64,000 nucleotides of DNA from Novosphingobium sp. (GTDB lineage Bacteria > Pseudomonadota > Alphaproteobacteria > Sphingomonadales > Sphingomonadaceae). Location of the stretch: NCBI GenBank assembly GCA_040377095.1, contig JBEIPK010000006.1, forward strand, positions 13,923 to 77,922. The letters are read 5' to 3'. Positions 9,137 through 17,932 of this stretch are shown piece after piece. Made by a program: the position numbers and the translations under genes. The notes under the pieces were generated by a model. That model was not told the origin of the DNA, searched no databases, and worked only from the letters and a program-made list of their open reading frames with translations. Position 1 is the stretch's first letter, and every line of letters starts with the position of its first letter.

Positions 9137-9215
9137 GGGAGCCGGGTGCCCGCGCCGGGTGAACGGCGCGGGCGGTGCGGACGGCGAGGGGGACGCCGTC
9201 CGCGCAGGGAGCCGG
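9137..9215 (-). promoter_or_regulatory. Twin GC-rich hairpins between capsid and connector genes
   Basis: Two perfect 10-bp stems (9148-9173 and 9177-9203) flanked by GGGAGCCGG direct repeats (9137-9145 and 9207-9215); no U-tract. Confidence 0.6.
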
Positions 9216-9223
9216 CCTCGCTA

Positions 9224-10375
9224 TCAGGTCGAAATCTTCAAGAGCTTGATCGCATCGCTGTCGAGCACCTGGCCGCCGACCCGCTTCGTTGCGTAGAAGT
9301 GGACAAACGGCTTGTTGGTGAAGGGATCGCGCAGGATCGAAGTCGCGCTGCGCTCGGCAATGAGGTAGCCGTTGCGGAAGTTGCCGAACGCGATCGGGAA
9401 GGCATTGGCGGCAACGTCCGGCATGTCTTCCGCCTCGACGACGGGATAGCCGAGCAGGCGGGCCGGCTGGCCTTCGGTCAGGCCCGGCTGCCACAGGAAC
9501 GAGCCGTCGGCCGCCTTGAACTTGCGGACCTGGGCTAGCGTTGCCGAGTTCATCACGAAGCTCGCGCCCTGGCGGTGGCCAGGCTTGAGTGCATGGACGA
9601 GATCAATGAGCTTCATTTCAGGCGAGGTGCCGAACGTGGCCGCATCGCCGCTGGCGAGGAACTGGAGCGTGCCGAACGCACGGGTGGCATCGGCCAGAGC
9701 GCTCGTCGACGCGCCAAGGAAGCCCCTGGGCTGGTTGGTGCCAGTGCCTGAAACAAAGGCAGCGCCTTCGGCCCGTGCGAACTCGGCCGCGATCTCGTTT
9801 GCCAGCCAGGTCTCCAGATCGAAGCCCGCATCGTCGAGCATGGCCTGGCTCGCCGCCGGATTGGCATAGAGCTCGCCCGAAGGGGGCGCGATTTCAGCGA
9901 AGGCGGGCGAAGCGGTCTCGGGACGGCCGGCCGTCTCGCTGACCCAGCCCGAAGCGGTGCCGCTGGTGGTGATGAGCTTGCGGTAGCCGGCGCTGCCCGT
10001 CTGCACGACTTGTGCGATGGCGCGAATCGGGCTGAGCTTTTTCAGGCGCGCGGCGATCATCGCGTCGATTTCGCGCGGAACGGCATAGCCGCCATCGGCG
10101 AGCACCGCGCCCGAGACCGACTTGACCTCGCTTTCGCGGCCACGGCGCAGATAGCCATCGACGAAGCCCTTGACCCCGGCGCTGACGGCGATTCCGCCAT
10201 CGAGTACGGGACGGGCTGCCGCGCGGCTGACACGGTCAAGCCGGCTCTTCACTTCATTGACGTCGCCGCGCAGCGCGTCAACAGCATGTTCGGTTGCGTC
10301 CTGCCGGGAGACGAGGTCAAACGAGGCATCCAGCGCCTCGACCGGTGCCGGGATTGGCGGTGTGGTCATTTCCAT
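9224..10375 (-). CDS. HK97-fold major capsid protein (g5)
   Basis: DGGYAVPREID..SPIR.IA, ASQAMLDDA.FDLE.WLA.EIA.EF..AEG.AF..G.G...P.G, LLGYPV, LRDPFTNKPFVHFYATKRVGG; GAAAGG upstream of ATG 10375. Confidence 0.96.
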   Translation of the reverse strand: MEMTTPPIPAPVEALDASFDLVSRQDATEHAVDALRGDVNEVKSRLDRVSRAAARPVLDGGIAVSAGVKGFVDGYLRRGRESEVKSVSGAVLADGGYAVPREIDAMIAARLKKLSPIRAIAQVVQTGSAGYRKLITTSGTASGWVSETAGRPETASPAFAEIAPPSGELYANPAASQAMLDDAGFDLETWLANEIAAEFARAEGAAFVSGTGTNQPRGFLGASTSALADATRAFGTLQFLASGDAATFGTSPEMKLIDLVHALKPGHRQGASFVMNSATLAQVRKFKAADGSFLWQPGLTEGQPARLLGYPVVEAEDMPDVAANAFPIAFGNFRNGYLIAERSATSILRDPFTNKPFVHFYATKRVGGQVLDSDAIKLLKIST

Positions 10376-10449
10376 GGGGCATTCACCTTTCGACATAGAA
10401 GACCGCCCCATCAGGCGGCCGGGGGGAAGAGGTTGGATGGATCGGAAAA

Positions 10450-10872
10450 TCAGGCGTCCTGGGCGATCAGGTGGACCCGCGCACCGAACTGCATCGGGTG
10501 GGTGACGAGGCTGACCTCGAACAGTTCGACATCGAGGAGTTCGCGCCCCTCAGGGGTCCGCTCGCTGTCGATGGCACGGTAGCCGAAGCTGAGGCCGCTC
10601 ACCTCGCCGCGGCGCACGGATTGCGCCGCTCTGCCTTGGGGATTGTCGATGGCGGCGATGACGCGCAACCCGCGCTGGTCTTCGGCCACCATGGTGACCC
10701 AGCCGACGCGCAGGTCGCTCCTGTGCTGCCAGTAGAGCGGAAGCGGATCGCGCCGCGCCGCCAGCGTCCGGGCGAAAGCGCCCTTTCGGATCACGTCGCC
10801 GCCGCCGTCGCGGCGGCCGAACAGCGCGGCATAGCCCGCGATGCGCAGGCCCTGCTCAAGGGGCGCACTCAA
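10450..10872 (-). CDS. HK97-family prohead protease (g4)
   Basis: GYAALF..D.GGDVI.KGAF..L.WQH..G.W..GL.V..GLSFGYR..L.EVSLVT.PMQ..ARV; TTG start overlaps the upstream stop. Confidence 0.93.
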   Translation of the reverse strand: MSAPLEQGLRIAGYAALFGRRDGGGDVIRKGAFARTLAARRDPLPLYWQHRSDLRVGWVTMVAEDQRGLRVIAAIDNPQGRAAQSVRRGEVSGLSFGYRAIDSERTPEGRELLDVELFEVSLVTHPMQFGARVHLIAQDA

Positions 10873-11177
10873 CGCAGCAGCTCCGCCGCGCCCATGCGCC
10901 AGGCAATCCCGGCAAGGAGCAGCGCAAGCACGCCGCGCACCACCCAGTTCACCACGGCCTGCCAGGCACTGGCCTTGGCATCGCGCCAGGCACGCAGCAG
11001 CTGACGCAGCTCGATCAGATCGGCGGGCGCATTGTCGTCGTCGAGACCCATGCGGTAGAGCACGCGCTGCGCGCCCAGATCGCCCGCTTCCTCGACGATG
11101 GCGCGCAGCGTCACGAAATCGGCGCCCTCGTCTTCGGCCTGCGCCATCAGGCGGGCAATGACATCTTCTCTGTTCAT
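10869..11177 (-). CDS. Small GTA protein (g3.5-like, DUF6127-like) with C-terminal hydrophobic helix
   Basis: EEAG.LGA.R.L..MGL.D..A..D..ELR.LL.AWRDAK; lies between portal and protease. Confidence 0.8.
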   Translation of the reverse strand: MNREDVIARLMAQAEDEGADFVTLRAIVEEAGDLGAQRVLYRMGLDDDNAPADLIELRQLLRAWRDAKASAWQAVVNWVVRGVLALLLAGIAWRMGAAELLR

Positions 11178-11189
11178 GAAATGTTCCTC

Positions 11190-12344
11190 CTATGCCACGG
11201 GCACGTCAGGTAGGCCGAGGAGGCTGCGCTTTTCGGCGTCGGACAGAAAATCGGCGGCGCTGACCTGCGCCCAGAGCCGTTCGCGGTCTTCGGCAAGCGC
11301 GGGCACGCCGTCGAGATCGATGGCGAGCGAGGCGCCCGGAAACCAGACCGAAAGCCCCTCGCCCAGCGCCGCCAGCACCTTTGCCGCGAGTGGCAACAGG
11401 GTCAGCCGCCACAGCGCTCGATTGGCCTCGCGATAATTGGAGTATGTCGCGTCGCCCGGCAGTCCGAGCAGCATCGGCGGCACGCCGAAGGCCAACGCGA
11501 TGTCGCGCGCCGCCGCGGCCTTGAGCTCGGCAAAGTCCATGTCGGCGGGCGTCATGCTCATCGACTGCCACTTGAGCCCGCCTTCGAGCAGCATCGGCCG
11601 CCCGGCGTTGCCATGCCCGGCAAAAGCGCTGGTCAGCTCGGCCTTGAGACGTTCGAACTGCTCTGGCGTCAGCGAATTGCTGTCGCCTGCGTCATAGACC
11701 AGCGCGCCCGAGGGCCGCGCCGCGTTCTCCAGCAGCTGGCGGTTCCACTCGGCCGCGACATTGTGCGTCGCAACGGCCTGGTCGGCAGCGGCGAGGCAGC
11801 CCGCGCCGTAATGGTCGTCCGCCGGGTGGAAATGGCGGATGTGGATCACGTTGGGCGATGCATCCTCGTCCAGCACCGGGATCGAGAGGCTGCGCTCACC
11901 GACCCGGTAGACAAATGCAGCTGGCCAGCCGTCCGGCCCCGCCGCGATGGTGACGCGCTCGGGCCTGAGCGCGAAGAGCTCTACCGGGCGGCCCCGCGCG
12001 TCCTTGATGATCTGGACATAGCCGTTGCCATGCAGCAGCAGGTTCGAAGCCAGCGTTTCAAGCAATGATTGCCCGGCGCTCGTCGCCTGGACCAGTCCCG
12101 CCAACTCGGGAGCCGCCGGCATCAGCGGCGCGCCGCCGATCCCTTCGGCGACCAGCCGCACCGCGCGCTGTGCGACCGGGTTTTCCAGATAGGCGCGGCG
12201 CACTGCCCTCGCATAGTCGAACGAGGGGCGCGAGCCGGGATAGCCGACATCGGCAAAGGCCCACGGAGAATTGAAACCGCGCGCCAGCGGCACGCGCGAG
12301 CTTTCGCCCTTGAAGGCGGCGGCGATCGTCTGAAGGAAGGACAT
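11190..12344 (-). CDS. HK97-family portal protein (g3)
   Basis: NPVAQRAVRLVAE, LLLHGNGY, L.ALRP.RV, NAGRPMLLEGGLKWQ, ARDIALAFGVPPMLLGLPGDATYSNYREAN. Confidence 0.96.
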   Translation of the reverse strand: MSFLQTIAAAFKGESSRVPLARGFNSPWAFADVGYPGSRPSFDYARAVRRAYLENPVAQRAVRLVAEGIGGAPLMPAAPELAGLVQATSAGQSLLETLASNLLLHGNGYVQIIKDARGRPVELFALRPERVTIAAGPDGWPAAFVYRVGERSLSIPVLDEDASPNVIHIRHFHPADDHYGAGCLAAADQAVATHNVAAEWNRQLLENAARPSGALVYDAGDSNSLTPEQFERLKAELTSAFAGHGNAGRPMLLEGGLKWQSMSMTPADMDFAELKAAAARDIALAFGVPPMLLGLPGDATYSNYREANRALWRLTLLPLAAKVLAALGEGLSVWFPGASLAIDLDGVPALAEDRERLWAQVSAADFLSDAEKRSLLGLPDVPVA

Positions 12345-12374
12345 GAGGGGCCTTTCATGAGATTCGCGGAAGTA

Positions 12375-13712
12375 CTATTCGCCCACCCAGACACGCGGTG
12401 AGGCAGTTCGGTTGAGCATCAGCTCTGTCATCGCCCAGACCAGCGCGTCGGCGCGGTCGGGCGAGCGGCCGGGGCCTTGGTAGTCGCCGCCGGTCATCAG
12501 CCCGCATAGCTCGTCCTCAAGCTGGGGAAACATGCCCGAATGGCGCACCCGCCCCGCCTCGTAGAGTGCGGCGACGGGTTCGGCGCGGGCCGACTTGCCT
12601 TTGCTGGCGCGCACAAGCCGAACGGGGAGCGAGACATCGGCGGCGCGCAGCACGCTTTCCACCATCGACCCGCCCTGGTTGGCCTCCGCGATAACGCGGT
12701 CGGCTGCCCAGGCCTGGGCTGTCTTCGCGACGGCACGCGCCCAACGCTCGGGCGTTGGCCGCGTGACCGAGGCATCGGCCAGCACGCGGCCAATCCCGTC
12801 CTCGCCCAGCGCGCAGACCACGATGCCGCAAGCGTCGCCCTGCGCAGACGCCGGGGGATCGACCCCGATCACCGTGCGTGCCGGCCCTGACGATGCCGAT
12901 GCCTCGCGGCAGGCCTCGATCATGCCGCGCGTCCACAGAGCGCCTGGCAGATCGGCAATCAGTTCGCCGTCCAACTCCTGCCGGCCAAGCACCGACTTGC
13001 CGAACGTCCGCCGCATGGCGCGCACGAAGCGGGCCGGCAGGTTGTCCGCATTGTCGTCTGTCGAGCCGCGCGTCACTACGACCTCGCCTTCATTCCCGGC
13101 GTCCGCGAGCAGGCGCTGGATGAGAGCCACGGCGCGCGGCGTCGTGGTGGCAAGGACGCGGGGTGCCTCGCCCAGACGCAGCCCCATCAGCAAGTTGTCC
13201 CACGCGGAGAGAGCACGATTTCCGGCATTGTCCCACTTGGCAATCTCGTCGCACCAGGCATGACTGTGCTGCGGACCGCGCAAGCTTTCGGGCTCGAGCG
13301 CAGAATAGAGCGTCGCCTGCGCGCCGTTGGGCCAGGTCAGCCGCCGCAGCGAGGGTTCGAATTTCGGGCGGCGCCGCGGCGGGCTGGTTGCAATGAGGCC
13401 GCTTTCGCCCTCGATCATGACCGCCCGTGCCTCGCCCAGCGATGCGCCAACCAGCGCGACACGTGCGCCCGGATCAGCACACGCCACTTCGCGCACCCAT
13501 TCCGCGCCGGCGCGGGTCTTGCCGAAGCCGCGTCCCGCCATGATCAGCCATAGTCGCCAGTCGCCCAGCGGTGCTACCTGCGAGTTGCGCGCCCAGAGCC
13601 GCCAGTGATGTGCCATCTCGACCTTCTCGGCTTCGCTAAGCAGGCGCAGCTGGGCAAGCCGCTGGGCCTGCGGCTGGTCGAGCAGCCACTGGAGCCGCTT
13701 GTTACGCGTCAT
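12375..13712 (-). CDS. Terminase large subunit (g2)
   Basis: Walker A AGRGFGKTRAGAEW, LRGPQ..AWCDE (Walker B), TTTP, GRQELDGE, VDPP, AEANQGG, SPDRADALVWA; start moved to ATG 13712. Confidence 0.96.
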   Translation of the reverse strand: MTRNKRLQWLLDQPQAQRLAQLRLLSEAEKVEMAHHWRLWARNSQVAPLGDWRLWLIMAGRGFGKTRAGAEWVREVACADPGARVALVGASLGEARAVMIEGESGLIATSPPRRRPKFEPSLRRLTWPNGAQATLYSALEPESLRGPQHSHAWCDEIAKWDNAGNRALSAWDNLLMGLRLGEAPRVLATTTPRAVALIQRLLADAGNEGEVVVTRGSTDDNADNLPARFVRAMRRTFGKSVLGRQELDGELIADLPGALWTRGMIEACREASASSGPARTVIGVDPPASAQGDACGIVVCALGEDGIGRVLADASVTRPTPERWARAVAKTAQAWAADRVIAEANQGGSMVESVLRAADVSLPVRLVRASKGKSARAEPVAALYEAGRVRHSGMFPQLEDELCGLMTGGDYQGPGRSPDRADALVWAMTELMLNRTASPRVWVGE

Positions 13713-14259
13713 CACTGGTCCCGGCGCCCGCTTCAGTCGCGGCCGCATTGCGCGCGGCCGCCTGCTGCGCGCGTTCGCGCATCCGGTCGAGCTTGGCGTC
13801 GATCGAGGCAAGTATGGCATCGGCGTCCTCGTTGTCGCGAACGGCGCGGGTCATTGCCGCCGATTCGCGGTGGGCGAAGAGCAGCCGGAGAGCAGCGCCG
13901 TTGTCGAACTGGCGCACCCCGCGCTTTGCCGATGTGGCCGGCTTGATCTCGCCTGCGCGCAGGCGGCCGAGCAGCTCCATCTCTAGATGTTCGTAGCCTT
14001 CGAAAAGCGCCTGTTGCCAGGCACGGTTGAATTCGGGCTTGAGGCGGCGTGCCTCGTATGCCGTGCCCGTGGCCACCCCGGCGGCCTTTGCCGATGCCGT
14101 GACGTTCGAGGTGGAGGCGAGCGTTGCGAGGAACTTTGCGCTCCATTGGTTGAAAGCCGGTCCGCGCGCGGGGGACTTGCGATCTTCTCCCCGGCGTTCT
14201 GGGGGCTCACGTTTTCCGGACGAGTCCGGGCGCGAGCGGGACTTCGCGTCATCCGCCAT
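13702..14259 (-). CDS. Probable terminase small subunit (g1 position), HTH-like
   Basis: FL..LA.TSNVTASAKAAGV...TAY..R...PEF..AW..AL; first gene of the cluster, overlaps the large terminase start. Confidence 0.65.
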   Translation of the reverse strand: MADDAKSRSRPDSSGKREPPERRGEDRKSPARGPAFNQWSAKFLATLASTSNVTASAKAAGVATGTAYEARRLKPEFNRAWQQALFEGYEHLEMELLGRLRAGEIKPATSAKRGVRQFDNGAALRLLFAHRESAAMTRAVRDNEDADAILASIDAKLDRMRERAQQAAARNAAATEAGAGTSDDA

Positions 14260-14331
14260 GCATGAGGATCCTGCTGATTAGATGTGAACCTGAACCGGAG
14301 CGTCGCCAAGGGCGACTCGGTTTATCGCGAT

Positions 14332-14390
14332 GTTCATGTTTTGTGCCATATCAGCGTAACGATGTCAATATAAATAACCAAATAGGTTAT
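14332..14390 (-). promoter_or_regulatory. Candidate GTA promoter: TTGACA -35, SOS-box-like site and upstream palindrome
   Basis: Minus-strand TTGACA at 14368-14363; GTTC-N7-GTGC at 14332-14346; ATAACC-N5-GGTTAT at 14374-14390; AT-rich patch. Confidence 0.55.
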
Positions 14391-14463
14391 CTGGTGCGGC
14401 GCTGTTGCAGGGCGGCAGGCTGCCGACTAAGCACCTGCGCCGAGTGGACGAGGGAACGCCGAG

Positions 14464-15102
14464 ATGCTGCGCCGCCTTTACGACTGGACCATGGGCAAGG
14501 CCGCGCATCCCCATGCCGAATGGTGGCTGGCGATCTTCGCGTTCATGGAAGCAAGCTTTTTTCCGATTCCGCCGCACCCGCTGCTCGGACTCATGTGCCT
14601 GGCCGAACCAAAGAAGGCGATCCGCTTCGCCGCAATCGCCACGCTTGCCTCGGTCGCGGGCGGCCTCCTTGGCTATGCGATCGGCTATTTCCTGTACGAA
14701 GCGGTTGGCACCGCGCTGCTCGCCGCCTTGGGGCTGACCGAGAGCTTCCCGCAGGCCGCGTGCTATTTGCGTGAGTACGGGGCCGAAATCATCATGATCA
14801 AGGGAGCGACGCCGATTCCCTTCAAGCTCCTGACAATCACGGCCGGCTTCATCGCCATGCCGCTGGTCACGTTTATCGGCGCCAGCATCATCTCCCGCAG
14901 CATCAGCTTCATGATCGTGGGCGTATTGTTCCGCCTTTTCGGCGCCCCGATCAAGAATTTCATCGACCGCTACCTTGGCCTTGCGACGGCAGGTTTCGTG
15001 ATTCTGGTGGTCGGCGGGTTTGTGCTGGTCGCCATGCTCGGCGGGAGCGGCGACGGCAGCGAGGCCTGCAAGGCCGCGACGCTGGCCGCGGCTCCAGTCT
15101 AA
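14464..15102 (+). CDS. YqaA/DedA (VTT domain) membrane protein
   Basis: MLRRLYDW..F.EASFFPIPP..ASVAGG..GYAIG..TPIPFK..TI.AG. Confidence 0.9.
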   Translation: MLRRLYDWTMGKAAHPHAEWWLAIFAFMEASFFPIPPHPLLGLMCLAEPKKAIRFAAIATLASVAGGLLGYAIGYFLYEAVGTALLAALGLTESFPQAACYLREYGAEIIMIKGATPIPFKLLTITAGFIAMPLVTFIGASIISRSISFMIVGVLFRLFGAPIKNFIDRYLGLATAGFVILVVGGFVLVAMLGGSGDGSEACKAATLAAAPV

Positions 15103-15878
15103 CGTTCCGCCACGCGCCGGGCCAGCCGGCCTTCGACCCGCGCGACGGTTTCGTCCAGCACCTCGCGCAAGGCGGCATATCCTGCCATGTTGGGGTGGAC
15201 ACCGTCCCTGTAGAGGGCCGCTTTGCGCGTTCCGCCGGGCAAGGCCATCGCGGCGTGGTAGTCAGCGACAATGATGTCCTCGGCCCGCGCGTAGTCGGTC
15301 AACTGGCGATTGAGGACGGCGATCCACTGCTTTGGATCGAGCCCGGGCTTCCAATCATAGTCGCTGACCGGCGGGATGGTGCCCAGCACCGGCTCGATCC
15401 CAGAAGCGCGTGCAAGATCCACCATGCTGCGGATATTGGCCATGAACATATCGGGCGAAATCGGGCCGGCATTCCCCGCCGTATCGTTGATGCCGGCAAG
15501 GATGTGGATCGCCACGGGACGCAACTCGACCGAATCCTGCCTGAAACGAAGCAGGATCTGCGCGCTGGTCTGGCCGCTGACCCCGCGATTGACGATGCCA
15601 TCGGGAAGGTCGGGCCACTGCGCCGTGATCGAATCGCCCATCATCACCATGCGAGGACGGCTGCCCTGTGCCCAGACCTTCCGGTTCGACTCTCGGTAGA
15701 GGCACAACCCGGCCCAGTCATCCGCCGGCCTGCCCGTCACGGGCCCGCGGTTGGCGGCGCACGGAGTTTCGGTCATACCCACCGGTTTGCGAAGCCAGTC
15801 GCCGAGATGGGGCCTGAGCAGAGCATAGCCCGCAAGCGCGACGACTAGCGCAAGCACCGCGATGCGGACCCGGCCCAT
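15099..15878 (-). CDS. SGNH/GDSL-family esterase with N-terminal signal or anchor
   Basis: Blocks GDSIT, NRGVSGQT, AGIND, DGVHPN; start moved to ATG 15878. Confidence 0.88.
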   Translation of the reverse strand: MGRVRIAVLALVVALAGYALLRPHLGDWLRKPVGMTETPCAANRGPVTGRPADDWAGLCLYRESNRKVWAQGSRPRMVMMGDSITAQWPDLPDGIVNRGVSGQTSAQILLRFRQDSVELRPVAIHILAGINDTAGNAGPISPDMFMANIRSMVDLARASGIEPVLGTIPPVSDYDWKPGLDPKQWIAVLNRQLTDYARAEDIIVADYHAAMALPGGTRKAALYRDGVHPNMAGYAALREVLDETVARVEGRLARRVAER

Positions 15879-15901
15879 GCGCCCGCCATGCAGCACCGCA
15901 G

Positions 15902-17104
15902 TCAGTTGATGATCCCGGTCGCCTTGCCGGCGCGGCCGAACATGCCGATGATCGTCTGCACCTGATCGGCCGAATGTTCGGCGCAGAGCGAACATCGCAG
16001 CAGGGTCATGTTCGCGGGCGTTGCCGGCGGGCGGGCGAGATTGACGTAGAGCCCCTCGTGCAGCAACGCCTCCCACATCGCGGCGCCGCGCTCCAGATCG
16101 GGCATGATGACCGAGATAATCGCGCTTTGCGGTGTTTCGGTGCCGAGCTGGAAGCCGGCGTCCTTCAGACCCCTGTGCAGCACGCGGGAGTTATCCCACA
16201 AGTGCGCGCGCTTGTTCTGGCCGTGCATCAGCTTGCGGATTGACGTGGCCGCAGTGGCGACGACCGAGGGCGGCAGGCTGGCCGTGAAGACATACGGGCG
16301 GCACACAAGCCGGAGGATCTCGAACTTCGGGTGGTTCGATACGCAAAAGCCGCCAACCGTTCCGACCGATTTCGAAAAGGTGCCGATGACGAAATCCACC
16401 TGATCGAGCACACCCTGGTCCTCGGCCACGCCGCGCCCGTTCGGGCCGATGAAGCCCATCGAATGCGCCTCGTCGACGAGCACCATCGCGCCGTGCTTTT
16501 TCGCAACCGCGATCATCTCCTTCAGCGGCGCGATATCTCCCAGCATCGAATAGACACCTTCGAGGATCACCAGCTTGCCCGCGCCTTCAGGAATGCGGCC
16601 AAGCCGCTTGTCCATGGCCTCGATGTCGTTGTGCTTGAAGGGCACGACTTCGGCATCGCCCAGCTTGCAGCCGTCCCAGATCGAGGCGTGACTGTCGATG
16701 TCGAGCACGATGTAGTCGCCCTTGCCGGCAACCGTGCTGATGATGCCCAGATTGGCCTGATAACCGGTCGAGAACACCATGGCATGGTCCATGGCGTAGA
16801 AGTCCTTGAGCGCGTCCTCAACGGCGCGGTGCCCGGCATAGGTGCCGTTGAGCACGCGGCTGCCGGTCGTGCCCGAACCGAAATCGTCGAGCGCCTGCTT
16901 GCCCGCTTCGATCACGTCGGGATCGAACGTCATGCCCATGTAGTTGTAGGTACCCAGCAGAATCGTCTCCCGGCCGTTGCACATCGCCACGGTGGGCGAG
17001 AGGACCCGCTCCATGACCAGCCCGAACGGGTCTTCCTGCCCGCTGGCGAGCAGGTTGGTCCGCATCTCGATGAGCGGGTCGAACTTGGAAAACAGGTCAG
17101 TCAT
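15902..17104 (-). CDS. spt: Serine palmitoyltransferase
   Basis: AOS-family PLP enzyme: GTYNYMG, GTTGSRVLNGT, DEAHSMG, GTFSKSVG, RPYVFTASLPP; directly downstream of an ACP gene. Confidence 0.93.
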   Translation of the reverse strand: MTDLFSKFDPLIEMRTNLLASGQEDPFGLVMERVLSPTVAMCNGRETILLGTYNYMGMTFDPDVIEAGKQALDDFGSGTTGSRVLNGTYAGHRAVEDALKDFYAMDHAMVFSTGYQANLGIISTVAGKGDYIVLDIDSHASIWDGCKLGDAEVVPFKHNDIEAMDKRLGRIPEGAGKLVILEGVYSMLGDIAPLKEMIAVAKKHGAMVLVDEAHSMGFIGPNGRGVAEDQGVLDQVDFVIGTFSKSVGTVGGFCVSNHPKFEILRLVCRPYVFTASLPPSVVATAATSIRKLMHGQNKRAHLWDNSRVLHRGLKDAGFQLGTETPQSAIISVIMPDLERGAAMWEALLHEGLYVNLARPPATPANMTLLRCSLCAEHSADQVQTIIGMFGRAGKATGIIN

Positions 17105-17111
17105 CCGCGGA

Positions 17112-17351
17112 TTACTTCTGCAACCGGACGACAGCGTCGATCAGCTGGCCCCAGGTCTCGATCTCGGCCTGCTGGTTCATGCTGATGATGATGTCGAATT
17201 CGTCCTCGATCGCGGCGACGAAATCCATCACCGTCAGGCTGTCGAACTCAAGATCGCCCGAAAAGGTTGTCGCATCGTCGATTGCCACGCCCTTCTTGTT
17301 GAAGGGGGCAATCAGCGCGGCGATCCTGATCGCAGTTGCGTCGCGGTCCAT
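17112..17351 (-). CDS. Acyl carrier protein (spt-associated)
   Basis: DLEFDSLTVMDFVAAIEDEFDI phosphopantetheine motif; start ATG 17351. Confidence 0.92.
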   Translation of the reverse strand: MDRDATAIRIAALIAPFNKKGVAIDDATTFSGDLEFDSLTVMDFVAAIEDEFDIIISMNQQAEIETWGQLIDAVVRLQK

Positions 17352-17467
17352 GGTGGGCGTTCCTCCTGTGCGGCCGTCCGGCCGATGGCTGTGCGGCCCT
17401 CTGGCCGATGAATACGGCGCAAAAGCGGCGCTGGGCCATGCTGTCAAGCGGTGTGGTCCGGCACTGG

Positions 17468-17842
17468 TCAGGCCGGCCTTTCGACAAGCGCGCGCACGGC
17501 GGTCATGAAGGGGCCGATCGACACCGGCTTGGCTAGGTACGAATCGGCGCCCGCGTCGCGGATGCGCTCCTCGTCGCCCTTGCCGGCATAGGCGGTGACC
17601 GCCAGCACCGGGATGCTGCGCAGCACCCGGTCTGCCTTGGCCGCCTCAATCAGGTCAAGCCCCGAAACATTGGGCAGCTGGATGTCCATGATGATGAGAT
17701 TCGGCACGAAATCGCGCGCCTTGCCCAGCGCTTCGCAGCCATCGGCGACTGGCTCCACGGCATAGCCCTGGCTCTGCAATACGTCGCAGAACAGTTTGCG
17801 GTTGAGATCGTTGTCCTCGACAACGAGAATTCGCTTTGCCAT
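17468..17842 (-). CDS. divK: Single-domain response regulator, DivK-like
   Basis: MAKRILVVEDNDLNRKLF.D.L..MDIQLP.VSGL..IPV.AVTAYA.KGDEERIR..G...Y..KP.S; divergent from DUF3572. Confidence 0.85.
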   Translation of the reverse strand: MAKRILVVEDNDLNRKLFCDVLQSQGYAVEPVADGCEALGKARDFVPNLIIMDIQLPNVSGLDLIEAAKADRVLRSIPVLAVTAYAGKGDEERIRDAGADSYLAKPVSIGPFMTAVRALVERPA

Positions 17843-17932
17843 TCGACTGGTCGCGCCCCATCTTGGCATTCGGCGGACCGGCTCGGACCGCTGCCGCCAT
17901 GCTTTCACACGCTCTATGCCTTCGAAACGAGA

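Larger units (their letters stand above)
78..14259 (-). mobile_element. RcGTA-like gene transfer agent head-tail gene cluster
   Basis: About 14.2 kb of co-oriented phage morphogenesis genes in RcGTA order (g1-g6, g8-g15); very short tape measure; no integrase, replication or lysis genes; core genes follow directly on the right side. Confidence 0.93.

Noticed and set aside
78-14259. Interpretation as a temperate prophage
   Set aside because: No integrase, repressor, replication or lysis genes and no att repeats are visible; gene order and the short tape measure match RcGTA-like elements
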